This document shows positions 49,001 to 62,653 of a stretch of DNA of 64,000 nt, in pieces. Made by a program: the position numbers and the translations under genes. The notes under the pieces are model-generated. The model was not told the origin of the DNA and searched no databases. It saw nothing but the letters and a program-made list of their open reading frames with translations. The stretch comes from Vicugna vicugna (lineage: Eukaryota), in contig MU058337.1 of the NCBI GenBank assembly GCA_013265495.1, forward strand, positions 2,200,686 through 2,264,685, in the 5' to 3' direction. Within the stretch, counting starts at the first letter, position 1, and every line of letters starts with the position of its first letter.

Positions 49001-51029
49001 TTTGCCGTAGAAAATAAGGGAACATTCTGCTCTTCCTCACTTACAGTGATATTATTGATATTATTGTGCACATCTTTTTTTCTTCTTTATCAAATACACC
49101 ATATGCTTCCTGAGTGTATAGTCCAAACTACTAAGAACATGTTTTTCCAGTTTGACTTAATTGTCACTATAACTATAATTAAATAATTGTCTCCCTCAAA
49201 ATGTTTGCTTAGGCAACAGATTTCTGCATATTTGAAATCCTAATAAAAGGTTTTATTAAAGCTGTTCACTCCAATTAGGCAGTTCTGCCATGTTGAGTAG
49301 TTGTTCAAGACCAAATAAATTGTTTGGCTGTTACACAGAGAAAAGAACATGGCCTGTGATGGATATTATCAATGTATCCCCCAAACTGGTGATGAGAGAG
49401 CCGTTAGCTGTTATTTAGGGAATTCTCAGGAAGATCTGGAGCTGCTGAAAAACAGAAGGTTCTCCATGTTGACCCGTGGGAGTAACTTGCCTTCCTGACT
49501 GCCTGGGATCTGAGTTTGGGGATGTATTCTGTGTCGGAACACGTTATGCTGTCAGTTTGGATCGATTATTGTTTATTTCAAGTTTGTGGTGCTGTTTCTC
49601 TTTCCCTTGCATTTCCAAACTTCCTGGAAGACTTCCTGAAGTCATTCAAGCTTATCCTCATTTTTTTAATCTCTAATGACCAGTCACTCAATCCTTAAAT
49701 AACCACTTTCAAGCTAGAATTTCCCTTATCCATTTGCCATAACTTCTCCTAAGTCATCAAGAATAATCTTATAGCAAGATTCAGTGGCTTTTTTCCAATG
49801 TTATAATCCACAGCCTCTCTGAAGTATTCTGTCTTCAGGTTTTGAACCTCTTAGGTCTTCGTAGTGTTCAGTCTGTGTCTCTGAGCACTCACTCGTTCTC
49901 CTTTTTTTCTCCCACGTCAATTCCCATCAGTGTCTTTTTTGGAATGAGCAGTTCAGTCTCACTCACTCTCTTTAAATATATGCAGAAGAAACATATAAGC
50001 AGAAATGGAGTGCAGTTCGTTATAAATGTCTGACTGTAAGCCACGTGTTTAATCTCCTAACACTACCTGGTTTGCTTGTTATAAAGTCCAACTCACCCCC
50101 TATATGTTTACTTGCCATATGAACTATTAAGGACATAAGAGAAATGGCAGTAATCTAAAACCGCAGAACCTGAATCCCTTACGCCCACAAAGAGGTGGCC
50201 TGCGGGCCTTTGGCCTCCCTTTCCGTGTCTCTGGAATTCAAGTCCGCAGGCACCCACAGAAGCAGCCCCCGGCTAGAGCCTGCATCTCTGTCCTGCACAG
50301 TGTGGTGACAAACCCGCAGCGCACCTCTGTCTTTGGTCAGCTGGAGTGCGTTCAATGTCAGCTAGCAATCAGGCACCACAAGGCTGTGTGAGAGGATGCG
50401 CGCTCCCCGAGTCGTGCTGCTTTCAGAGGAGACGCACGGGTTGAAATCTGCAAGGCAGACTCACCTGAGCTCGAATCTGACCAGAATCCCCGGGTTAATC
50501 GCTTTGCTCTGTGAGAGAGGTCTAAGCTATTTTCATTCCAGGCCACGTTTGCATTTGCATAGTCCCTGTCACTGAAGCCCCCAGGGACTTTGCCAATAAG
50601 CAGATATTTACTTACTAAAGTTAATGTATCTCCCCAGTGCTTTCTGGCCTTTGGGCACATTTTTAGGTGATAAGAAAAAAAATGTGTGTCTTATGTTCCT
50701 TTTAGTTTCTAAAACATAATTAAAAAAACCCAAAGCCCGTGATGCTTAAAAAAGATAATTACAATGGTAGTTCCATTTGAAAATCTCATGACCGCCCTTC
50801 CATGTTTGTTATTCCACTGTTTTAATTCACTATTAAACCACCTAGAAGAAAAAATAAACATTAAAATCAGGCAACGTCAGCCAGTGGGCAGTAGCGAGTG
50901 TATGTCAGGGTGTACACCCCACCTCGGGACTGCATGCTCATGATAAATTACATGAGGCCAAGAGATCTGAGCTCTGAACTTTTAAGTAGAAGCCCTGATC
51001 AATAACAATTATGGACTGTGCCACTGCCC

Positions 51030-51660
51030 GAGAGTCAGTCCGGATGCTTTTCGTTACAAGTGGGAGAAAACTCAACTCAGCTTTGCTTAAGCAAAATACA
51101 ATACTCTATTGGCTCATGCAACTGACTGTTCAGGAGTAGATCTTCCAGTGGGGCTGATTTAAGGGCCCAGAGACCATCACCAGGATCTGGCTGATCTCAT
51201 TTTACACTTACTCGTTAAGCTTCATCTGTGTGAACTGTATTTTGAGACACCAGCTCCTGTGGAAAGAGAGGGACACTTTCCCGGTGTCTCTAACACCCCG
51301 GAATGGAGTCTTAGAGGACCCCAAGTAGCCCAGCGCGTGCAAGTGCCCACCTCAGAGCCACACGACGGCCGGAGACGTGCGAGGTGCCGGTTCTCAAACA
51401 GCATCGTGTCTCCAAGTCAGTGTGACGTTCCCTGGCGTCCTGCAGCTCACAGCCGGCCTCTGCCTCCTGGGGTGGGGGTGCAGGCAGCCTGGCCTCACCA
51501 GGGAAGACGCTGGTCACCCCAAGAAGAGCGCGGGTTCCCTGCTGCTGCAAGAGGCTTACTGCTGGGGCCTGAAAGCATCAGAATTCAGTATAGACGAGAA
51601 TTGATGGAATCTGCTGACACTTCTAGCTCAGCTGGGCACCCGCTGGTTGCCATTGCTACT
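51030..51660 (-). mobile_element. Old MaLR solo LTR (MLT1J/K/L-like)
   Basis: 'ggatgcttttcgttacaagtgggagaaaactcaactcagctttgcttaagcaaaa...tattggctcatgcaactga'. The right boundary is uncertain. Confidence 0.55.
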
Positions 51661-51684
51661 TCGTAAAAACTAAGACGTCAGCAA

Positions 51685-51915
51685 GGGTGTTGAACACGTA
51701 CTATCAGCTGGGTCCTGCGTTAAGTAACCTAGTGTCTTTTAGTGAGGGTTTTCTAATTTATTTCTCATAGCAATCCTGCGAGGTAATCGTCATTGTTATT
51801 CCTTTTTAGAGCTAAGGAAACTGAAATGCAAAAAAAATGTAAGTAATGCAAGCAAGGTCACACAGCTAGTGCGAGGGAAACTGAGCCTGGGCACAGGTTA
51901 GATTCCAGAGCCTGC
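51685..51915 (-). mobile_element. MIR SINE
   Basis: 'tctcatagcaatcctgcgaggta', 'gctaaggaaactgaa', 'caaggtcacacagctagt'. Confidence 0.78.
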
Positions 51916-54900
51916 ATCTGTGCTTGTAGAGAAGACAGAGAGAATGTTGGTTGAAAACACAGAGTTAAATCTTACGTCGACCACTTAGTAGCTATACTTC
52001 TTTAAACCCTCCACGGTTGGCTTTGGGTCCTTCCTCCTATAGCTGATGTCTAAACACTTAAATGTTCTGTCTCCTGTCAGGCACCTTCAGAGACTTGTGA
52101 TTAAACCTGTCCTTAGTGCTCCGGTTTCCAACCATCTCTTTTTGCAAGGTGGGCGTGTTAATTACTCTAGGAAAGTTTAGTGAAGTTCACCAACCTCTGC
52201 TTCCAGTGTGCTTCCATGGAATCCTTTTTCCTTTCCTCTAGTTTAGCTTGACTCAGAATTTTTGCAGTCCTTCAATGAAAGGGGATGCTTCAATGCTGTA
52301 TTTTCATTGCCTAGGGTACTGCCTGGTACTCAGTGCAACTTTGTGCTGACTCTGTTCTACATCTACCTTGATCAGGTGCACCTCTCCCAGCCACAGTCAT
52401 ACGGTGAGAGACGGAGCCCAGAGACCCGCTTCCTCTCGGCCCAGGCCTCTCTAAGTCACCATGAGAGTGAGAGTCTGCCTTTTCCTGGTCCCTGGTTCCT
52501 TCCAGGTGGTGGTTTCAACATGCGGAACCAGAGAGACAAGATGAAAGTGACTTGATTAGATTCAGAGGGAGAAACAACAGCACAGCACTATCCAGACACG
52601 CTGGCTCACGCTTCCGCCTTTGTCCAGAGCATCAGCTTCTCCCAGACTCCCCTGCTGATCTTGCCTGAAAGTGTTTACTAACCCTGCGTGGATCTGCCTC
52701 ATATCGCTATTGACCTCATTTACACAAAATTATGATACTGCTAAGAGGTGAAGAGATCCCACTCAGCCTCAGCTGGATCCTCAGTTCTAGCAGAGCAAGG
52801 TCTAACTGGATTCCTGGCCCCCGCCACTGTTGTGGTCGGAGATACTCTTGTCATCCAGTCTACCCTTGATAATGAACCCTCTCCCAGTAAATACATTTCC
52901 TCCCTGACTGAGCGGTATTGCCCACTCAGATTATATGATTGTCGATTGAGTGAATGACAAAGCAAAGGACTAAATGAACATATGCAAGAGTTAGCGTAAA
53001 AAATTAACTGTATTAGGACAGTGAGTTGGGACTCCATTTATTAAGCAAGCAATTGCTGAGTATTTTGTAAGTGATATTAGACTCACAGACCCTCAGAACA
53101 TAGTAGTGGACAAGATAGAACTGCACATTTCCTTCATGTTCTTGGTTCAGTCGTATATATCGCTGATGTTCCATAGTTCTTGGTCTACGTAAATGTTACT
53201 TTCATTTGTTTCCACTAATAGTAAAAGATGCTAATATTTAAATAAGTGAGTGCAAAATGGAATAACTTAAAGCAGATCACATTGAGTGGGTCATAAACAA
53301 TATTTTAGGATCCCTCACTGGCTCCTTAACTTTAAATAATTTGATAAATTGGGCTCAGTTTCACAAGGTATCAGGATCTAAGAATCATACCAAGGAGTGG
53401 TATCAAAACTATGAGTTCTGTGTATAAAAATGCATTTGCCGGTATGTTGTAAACTCAAGAATTTGACATCGAACTTAGTGAAAGTTCTGCAGTACTCTCC
53501 TGGCAGTTTTAAGAAAATAAAGAGTTTATTTCTTAAATTTAGGGCCAGGGGTCCCTAAGCAATTTATGACAGGTAGTTGAAGTAAACATACTGCTTATTA
53601 GTATTTGTAGTATTTGACTTTTTGTTCAGTCTAAATTTGGCAATGCAGTGCTGAGAAGTAACACAATAAAGCAGGGTTGCTTTTTTTGTTTTGTTTTAAT
53701 TTGTTTTCACAAACAAGTTTCTGCATGGGCCTGAATATGTATAATGTGAAGGCTGTTTGGTCACAAGTAGAAAATACGTTCAAACTGAAGCAAACCAAGT
53801 TTTCAAAAGTACACCTTTTAATATTACTGCCCAATTGTTTAAGAAAATGACTTTTGCCTAGTCAAGCCTGTTTCCTTTCCTAGAAGGAAATTGCTTCTGA
53901 GATACAAGTTGGAGAAATGCAAATAAGAAAATTATCCTTCCAGACTAAAAAGGGAAGACAGTATCTCATCTACGTTGGGTTTTCTCATAAATGAAAATAT
54001 ATTCCTATCTCATTTATTAATTATAAATAGTCATAAGATTATCTTTCATCTTTTCTTGTCATGTCTTTAAATGATAATAATTCCAGAACTATTACCACTT
54101 GATTGCTCCCTGAATGCAAATTTATAAAGGCAGCAATTATTCAGAAATAAGTTTTCTTACATAACTGTCACATTTTTCATACCCTTTGCTCCTAATTTAT
54201 ATTTGGGTCTGAAAATTGATAAAGTTACTAGTTTAGAAATAATTAACTGTGACTTTTTCCTTTCAGGAAACACAAATGAAGAGGTACTTCTCTCTAGAGC
54301 CTTTTCCACATTCTTTTAACAACCAGATAATTCCCAATTCTCTGTGTGCCAATTCAGTGCGACCAGTGCAAATAAACAAAGGGACAAGATTTGGGCAGTT
54401 GAAGCCCATTGTTTCACAATGTCTTTGTTTATAATCCTTCATAATTCATCCTCAGAAATGGCCTTCCTCGTAATGAGTTACCTTGAATGTCTTCATTTTC
54501 ATTTAAATGGCCAATGATCGGGATAATGAGAATGAATTTGGCATTGTCATTTTATGGAAATGGAGTTTCTGCCACTTACCGGGAGCATCCTGCAGGCAGC
54601 GTTAACAGAGAAATATGTGACTCCTCCACTGCAGGCACTGGGTAGTAGTCCTTGGTTAAAGCCGTAGCTGTAGGACCTGGCCTGATTTCCAGGGGAAATT
54701 TATGCCATTTTTGATGGAGGACTGTGGGCAGGCAAGCTGGGGAGCCCAGCCTGTGCTGGATGCCATTCTGTGTATAACTTGGTTCCCTGCAAACAGTGCA
54801 GGAAAGGTTTCCGTCTCCATTCATCTGGCTATTTTACAGGCTGAGACTGACCCTACAGTTAGAACAAAAGGAAATTTCTCTCTGTATTAAGGTGGAAGAA

Positions 54901-55499
54901 ATGCCAACCCTAACCTTTTTCAAGATTTTAGATAGAACACAGGAAAGCAACTTTTAAGAAGTTTAGTACCAGAAAAGCTATAAAGAAGAGAGTGTGCTAG
55001 TGAATTTTCAAACCGGAAGAGACTTTGTTGCATTATCTGGTGTAGGGGTCTCCAGACCAAAAAAATAAATTTTCATTGTCATCCCCATTCATGCCCTGCC
55101 ATACCTTTGCCTCAGCAACAACACTGGTTTTCCCATCATTTTCATGCTTGCCTGGGAAGCACTTAGACAAAGTAAATGATTTAATTGACCGCAAATCTGG
55201 GTGAGAAATAATACACATGCCTAGATTTGTCAAATGCTTGATTATTTAATGCTGCATTGTGAACCTGTCCCAGTTTCAGAATTCGAACCTTGTTCATCTC
55301 TGAAGCCTACTTTACCACGTTTTAAACTTGACCTTTATTCTGTCTTCTCAGGAAGGAATATTATATGACCCCTATCTATATTACTTGAAATTATCATCAG
55401 TAATAAAATACTTTATAATTATATATGAAAATAAATACTTGCTCTCAATAACTCCAATTGTGATGAGTTTGAATAAATTAGAAAGAAGACCAAAATTAA

Positions 55500-55724
55500 G
55501 TAGTTAAAAAAATTATTTTGCTTGTGAGCCAGGAAGTTGGGAAGGGTTTGGGCAGTGCTGAGTCTCTGCTGTGTGTAGTCAGATGTCCGGGGTTGCAATC
55601 ACAAGAGGGCTCACGGGACTGCACATCCAAGATGGCTCATTCTCCTGGCTGGGGAAGGGATATAAATCCCACCCATCTATGGGAGATGGAGTGAAGAATT
55701 TTCAGACATGATTTAAAAGCCACA
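55500..55724 (-). mobile_element. MaLR LTR fragment (MLT1F/H-like, internally deleted)
   Basis: 'ccaggaagttgggaagggtttgg', 'catccaagatggctcattc', end 'agaattttcagacatgatttaaaagccaca'. Confidence 0.6.
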
Positions 55725-55864
55725 GAGGGTGAAAAAGCTGCAAGGTTCTGCATTCAAAAGGAAAAATAGAATTCCCAAGGGATGTGGTTGTAGAGATGAT
55801 ACAGTGTAATGCAAGTGAAGTGAGGCCACTGGGACCTTCCCTGGAGAGTCCCAGTGAGAAGCCT

Positions 55865-56073
55865 TTGGCAGTGAGCTGGAGCCAGCCCACACGGCTTGCA
55901 GGAGCCAATTACCGTGTTTTCTCAGTCCCAGCTCTGATTCAGTGGTGTCGCATTGATAGCTCGCAAAGGGCCACAGTGGGACATTTACACCACAGAAATT
56001 GGCAGACACTACAAATAAAGGGCTCTTCCTCCACCAGAGAGCCAGTTGCTAGACATTTACTGGCACACTGCTG
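55865..56073 (+). mobile_element. hAT-Blackjack MITE, MER63A-like
   Basis: 'gtgagctggagccagc', 'catttacaccacagaaattggcagacactacaaat', 'agagccagttgctagacatttactggcacactgctg'. Termini are imperfect inverted repeats. Confidence 0.8.
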
Positions 56074-57419
56074 ATAATGGGCCAACCTAGAAGCTACTTT
56101 GGGGAGTTTCTGTATTGTCTTAAAGCAATTCTACATGGTACACTGTAGTGTAGAAAACACTCCTCTTCGGTGAAATCCTCAGTAAAGTTTGCAAGATTCA
56201 CTACTGCTTTGGGATGAATTTGGGGGGGTTACAGACTTGTCCAGAATTTGAGTCAACATTGGTTGTTGCAAGATTAGCACATACTGAAGCAGGAGAAATC
56301 ATGAAAAGAAGTCCTGATAATTAGCAGAAATTGCAGGGAGGCTCTGGACATAAAATGGAGGGTTTGAATTCAGTTTGAGTCTCCAAAGAAGCAGTAAAGC
56401 CTATTCCACCAGCACTTTGGTTACACAACTGTGTGTTACTTTATTGTTCACTACAATTTTATGTATAGTATCATGTTTTGCTTGGATTATCACTAGGTGA
56501 AGGTATTTAAATACTTTGTATGGAATTGGACAATTCACTTAATTTCTCTCGTCTTCAGAATTACTCGTCTCTAGCAATGATCTGAAAGTGTCTTCCCACG
56601 ATGTCATTTTAATGAGTGCTGTGAGATTAAAAAAGACAAGAGATTAGCATTAGTTATGACTTTGGTAAATATTGCCCGGCTGTGGAAGGTCACTTCCAGG
56701 TTTATAATGAGCTGGTGTTGATGGGAAGTAGGCAAAGATCAGAAGCTGCAGGAGGTGAGGGGGGAAGTTTCCTCACAAAGGTCTGTGCTCAATAGATAGA
56801 AAAAAAGAGGCAAAAGCCACAGTGTCCGGGTTTTAGGGGGAGGCAGAGGACTGGCTTTGCTCAGTTCTGCCTCGGTTGGGATGCTCCTGGCCCGTGGGTT
56901 CACTCTCTGCTTCAACCCACGCCCTGAAGGTGGTCTGTGAGATGGGGTGAGAAATCACTTTTGCATTTATACCTGATAGGAGTTTTTACCTGAGTGCAGT
57001 TGTGAGTATAAAGGGGAGATTTTTATAGTATGCTGCAAAATAATCCATTTATGAATATTTTACAGTATTAAGAAAATTGTCTTGGAACTAAATGGATTAC
57101 ATTTTAGGTCGTGTGTGGGCTGGAATAAAAGTGTGAATACGTTCAGAACTGACATTTTAAATGAAACACTTCCAATCTGACTTCATTTGATAGTGGGTCT
57201 TCACTGGCATTGATCTGAAGTCGGGTTTTGGTGGAATTTGTCGGCACATTCATTGGTATTTATTGTTAATACTTAAGTTTTCCAGGGTTTTCTTTACTGT
57301 TTTTTGTAACAATGACAACCTGTTCCTTTTCCTCCCACATTCTTTACGTTTTAAGTAAAGAAGCTTCATGGCAGCTTTCAGAGGGGAAACTGGAACTTAT
57401 CACTGGCAACAGCTTATTT

Positions 57420-57945
57420 TTCAGTTTTTTTATTATCATAAAATAATCAATATACTTTTTGAAAATATAAGCATGTGTGAAGAAAGAAAAAAATAGTCAC
57501 GCATTTTTCACTGTCAGACAGCAGCTAATATTTCAGCATTTGCTCCTATTTTCTATACACCCGACATGGAGTTAGACTGGTAAGTGAATGAATGGGTAGA
57601 AAAATTGATAGATTAATAGATATATAAAATATAAGTATATAGAGAGATGATAGAATCAGATTGTTTTGATAATTCTGTATATACTATTTTGTGTCCTTTC
57701 AACTCAAAATTAGATGCATTCTCATGTTATAAAAGATCTTATAGTTATTAACTTTAAATGATTATAGCCCCATTGAAATTTTACCATAATTGACTAATTG
57801 TTCCTCCATTATTTAGCTTTAACTTCAAATTTTGATTGGACATAATTATGTCGCAATAAAAAATTGGGGGCATTTAGGATTGTTTTATAGGATAGATTAC
57901 CAATTGTGAAATTTCTCAGTGAAAAGGCATTTAAAACTTTTTAGG
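57420..57945 (-). mobile_element. Old L1ME 3' remnant
   Basis: 'ataccattttg'-type decayed 3'UTR segments, 'ttaccataattgactaa', 'taggatagattac...gtgaaatttctcagtgaaaagg'. Confidence 0.55.
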
Positions 57946-60900
57946 CAACTTACTATAGTATTGCTTTACATGTAAGTGTGCATTCGTGGGCAAGTTATTT
58001 TGCTTTTCTAAGCTTACGTATCACCATAAGTAGAAGAATCATAGTGTCTGGCTTGAAGCTTGATTGAAAGATAGCAATTAATATCTCAATATATAAGTAA
58101 TGTCAAAATAATTGATTACTACTATTATCTTTATTATATTATCATGGATCTTGAAACACATCACCAAAATGTTTTAAAAATATTTGTATAAATTTACATT
58201 TATGGCAGTGATGAATGAAAATGCCTTCCCAAACCCTGGCAAGAGATTACTTTTTAGATCACAACTAAAAAGCACTAGATACGTTTCCTTTTCAAAATCC
58301 TTGCTATTAGTTTCATTTTGCGGTAGTTAGTGGATGAATTTTCATTTTTTACAGTATTTCTGGAGTTCATACCTATCAAAATTCAGTAAAAACAATCATT
58401 CCTTCTTACTTAGGACGGTCAGTGTTTGCTGAGCTCTAAGTAGTAAAAATTCGGAAACAAATTTCTTTAAAAACTAAGACAAAATTGTCACATACGTGGT
58501 AGTCACAGGTAAGGCTAACTTCCGAGTTGGTTGCTCTGCCAGTTCAGTACTTCCTGCCAGATCCTGTCACTTTTTTTCGTCTTGGGTGGTGACTGCATCT
58601 TCAGGCTGCTGGAAAGATGACTGCAGCACTTTAAGGCATCACATTTAGTAGCAGTAACCGAAGGAGGGGCCACAGCTGTGGCAGATGGAGAATGGCTGCA
58701 GATTCCCATCACCTCTGGGGTCTGGCTTGATCAAGGCCCAGGATTTCTCTTTTATATGCAGCTTCTCCCTGCCCACCTGTTTCTTGCCTTCAGATACGTT
58801 TTCTGCGGAAGAATACCATTACAGACACGGTACCGCAGTACCCCCCGGGAGCTGCGCCTCCCTTCACATGCTCTCCCACGGTGGTCCTCTTTGCCTTTAG
58901 ACAATTGACAAAAGATTTCTCTAGACTTGCCTTTTTTGCTGCTTCACTGTTTATCCATGCTTATGCCCCAAACAGTACACTTACATCCCAATAACTTCAT
59001 TTGAAAGAAGCACTGGGAAAGTCCTCTATCATTCCACCAACACGTACCTTCCAACTGCCAACTTTTCTTTTAGGAGTCATTGATTTTGGCATTTTTTTCT
59101 TTACCCAATGAGTTGTATTAAATGAATGGACAAATGAAGAAATGAAGAAATGAACGAGTGAACTGTATGACTTTTTAAAATATTTTCTGTGAACCGTGAT
59201 TTATTATTGATAGTGGTCTTAAAATGTACTTAGGGAATTTGGGGGGAAAAGTCCGCTCCTTGCTACACATAGCAAGCACTGAGTCATTACGATTACACTC
59301 TCAATAAATGGGTCTGAATTAGTTTAAAAAGAGAATTTCTTTTTTAGAAAACCATGAAAGTCCCAATTTGCTTTAAGAGGGAATGAGCAACTGAGAGTAA
59401 TCAACCTTTGTTCTATTCCTGACAAGTAGGGGCAAGAGTTTTAAAAGTAGTGAGTTGGTTTCAGGCTGGAATTAGAAAACTACTTACTAGAAAAACAGCT
59501 GTCAGGTACCCTACAGAAACCGTCTGCTATAAGATAAACAATATTTAAAGATCAGTGACAGTCTTTCTACACACAAAAAAAGGAGACCTGAGATGAATTG
59601 CCTTAGATTCTGATTCTGAAATTGCCATTGTGTAAATTGTGGAAAAGCAGGGTTTTTTCCACAAATTAAATATTTGCATGATTGCCCTAAGGCGGAAATT
59701 ATTGCTTATAGTAATTCAGACAAGTCATTTTCCTTTCACAAAATATCTTCGCATCCCTAAAATTTCCACAGGATAAAATGGAAGTTAAGCTACATAAGCA
59801 CTAAGGTTACTTTCAAATTATAAAAATCTCTGAATTTCAAAATATTGATCAAGTACTTATGCACGGTGGCTGAAGCACCTACATTTTAGTATAATGCGCT
59901 GCTCTTCTAGCATTCTGAGCTACTATGTAAAATTCCCGAGGTATTTGTCCTGTCCTTAACAAAGAAGTTAATGAAACCTGCCTCATATGGTGTCACACTA
60001 TTCTTCCATGTTGTCTCAAATTTCTTAAAGCCAATCATGCAGCCTTTACCAGGATATAAATTTAAGTTGATTCACCTTATTAACAAAGATGAATTCTATT
60101 TTGAAATTATGATTGAAGCATGTATATATGTACTTTAACAATTATGTTTAATGTTCCATGCACTACTATGTTTAGCATATAAAGAAAGGTGTTCAGTAAA
60201 TGTTAACTTCAGATGAACAATGAATGTATAATATATATATATTTTTTTTCTTACCTACCTAACCAAGCTTAACTAGTCAGTGAATTTGTTAATACTTAGT
60301 TTTGAGAATTAGTTTTTGCTCTTCTTCATACTAAGCTTATTAATTGAGCTACACAAATTTTGTATCTATTATGTACATTTGTACACGTTTTGCATATAAA
60401 TATTGTACAAGTTAATGGCAAATTACATTAAAAGAATTCTTCATCCCCAAACAGTATCCATTTACGCTGTAAAAAATACAAAATTTTACTGCCATCTTTT
60501 CAAATAAAGATTCAAGAATAAATTGGACAAGTTCTTTCTCTGATTGTGATATACAGACAAACTGCTTTCCATAAATGGCCAAAAGAGGTTCACATAGACA
60601 CCAAGGATGGGTGACCCAAGCTGTTTCAGGTGTCAGTGAAACAGTCAACAGAAATGTGGAGCATAAGGTCGGGTAAAAATAGAAACATTTAGTCATTTCC
60701 TCTCCTTGATTTATGTTTTCTTGGTTGTTTGCGGGCACAGCCAACAGGCAAAGAGGAAGAGATGGCACGTGTGTGGCTGAGGCTGATTGTATACAATCAG
60801 AGTGATTATGTGGAAATCAATCGGAATTTTCTTAGAACATGCTTGTTCTGACATAATGAGTGACATCTGAGCTAATTTTTATTCATTGCCTTCTCCTTTC

Positions 60901-61256
60901 ACAAAGATCTTCATTTCCCTCAATGTTATTCTGTGCCCTTTATATTTTTCTGTGCATCCTGAAAAAAGGAGGAATAATTCCACATATGTTATTACTTTTA
61001 AAATTATTTACTAATGTATTCAGAAACAATGCAATATGTTAGGGTTTTTTTTTTAAATAGTATATATTAGGAAAATATCAATTGGGCACCACCAATTAAT
61101 TATTTTAGACAGTTGGCTGGTTGGTAAAATGTGGAGGAAAAAAAGAGACAATGGTAGAATTCCCATCTGAAAGAAACTGTCTGTCAGCTAGAGTTATCCT
61201 AAAGTTACTTTGCAGTGTGGGGGACATTTTAAACTCCAGTTTCAAGTGTTGTGACT

Positions 61257-61808
61257 TGTAGTGGGAAGGAGTGTAAGAGGACACCGCTGACCCAGACCTT
61301 GTGAATTGTGCCCTCCTCTTAAGTGTGGGTGGGGCTTGTAATTTTCTTCTCGCAAACAGAATATGGCGAAGGTGATGGGATATGTTAAGTTATACGCAAA
61401 GGTAAAAACGTTTTGTGGGAATAAGTAAACGCTCAGATCAGTTGACTTTATATTGAACATAAAGGAGCTTTTTCTGGGTGAATCTCATTTAATCAGATGA
61501 GACTTTAAAAGAGGTCAGAGACTGTTCAAGTGTGATCCAGAGGACACAGCAGAGGGCCTCTCTTCCACTGGTCCTGAAGAAGCAGGACTAGGCACTGTGC
61601 ATTCTCCAACTGAAATGAATGATTTGTGCCAGGAACCAAGTCATCATCACAGTCCTGGCCAATATCTTGATTTTGGCCTGTGAGATGATGGCTGAGCAGA
61701 GAATCTAGCCAGTGTGTACCTGGACTTGTGACTCATGGAAACTAATGAATGTTGTTATTTAAAGTGGCTAAGATTGTGGTGATTTTCTAAAAACAAAATA
61801 GAGAATAT
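61257..61808 (+). mobile_element. MaLR solo LTR, MLT1E-like
   Basis: 'aagtgtgggtggggcttgt', 'acagaatatggcgaaggtgatggga', 'atcagttgacttt', 'cctggccaatatcttgattttggcctgtgaga', 'tttaaagtggctaagattgtggt'. Confidence 0.8.
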
Positions 61809-62199
61809 ATTACTTTAGAAGATTTCTTATTTCTAGAGATGAATTACTTCATTTATTCATGCACACATTCACATACAAAACTTTACCAGCTGGGTGTGAA
61901 AAAATAAAACACAATTCCTCCTCAAAGAGCTCTGCGTGTGCATGTGTATAGGAAAGAGGAAAAGAGAGGGGGGAAGATACAGGAGAGGAAGGAGGAGAGA
62001 AAGAAACTTATCGTACCAAGAAATCTTTGTGCTTCAAGGTCAGAACAAATGAGTATAGATGACTGTATTGGGGTGCATACTTCTTTATTAAAAGGGATTT
62101 GCATTAAGTGTTCTATTTGGTAATTGCTAGCATCATGCAAGGTGATGAGTGTGTGGGATGGTTGGGGAGGATGAAGGTGCATAAAGGAGAAATCAGGAT

Positions 62200-62653
62200 T
62201 ATGGTAGGTTGTCTTCGCCAAGATCACTACTATAATGTCTTCTGTACCACATACTTTCTTAGAACCTTGATGTTATTTGCCCATCAAGAGGTGGAGCCTA
62301 AGTCCCACCATCTTCAGTAAGGGCAGATTTGTGACTCACTTGCAACAGAGTTGTCTCTGAGTTTAGATCATGAAAAGTGACGCAGCTCCTGCCTTGGCCA
62401 CTGGAATACTTGCTCTTGAAGCCGCTAGCCACTGTGTCAGCCCACTGACTACCTTGAGGTTATCATGTTCTAAGGAGCCCAAACTGGCGTGGATAGAGAG
62501 ACCAAGACTGCATCAAGAGACATAGCAGCTTTGACCTGCTCCACCAAGCCGAGATCCTCCCCAGTTTTGGATCCACAAAAGCCCTGAGATACAGTGAAAT
62601 CACTGTTACTATTTTCAGACATTAAGTTTTGGGAGCAATAGGTAACCTGAGAA
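62200..62653 (+). mobile_element. MaLR solo LTR, MLT1F/G/H-like
   Basis: 'ccatcaagaggtggagccta', 'ttgtgactcactt', 'gcagctcctgccttg', 'gactaccttgagg', 'attaagttttggg...gcaataggtaacc'. Confidence 0.75.

Noticed and set aside
31812..60578. Other perfect CArG boxes (31812-31821, 40091-40100, 60569-60578)
   Set aside because: A rough base-composition estimate gives about 5 chance matches per 64 kb, and these are isolated.
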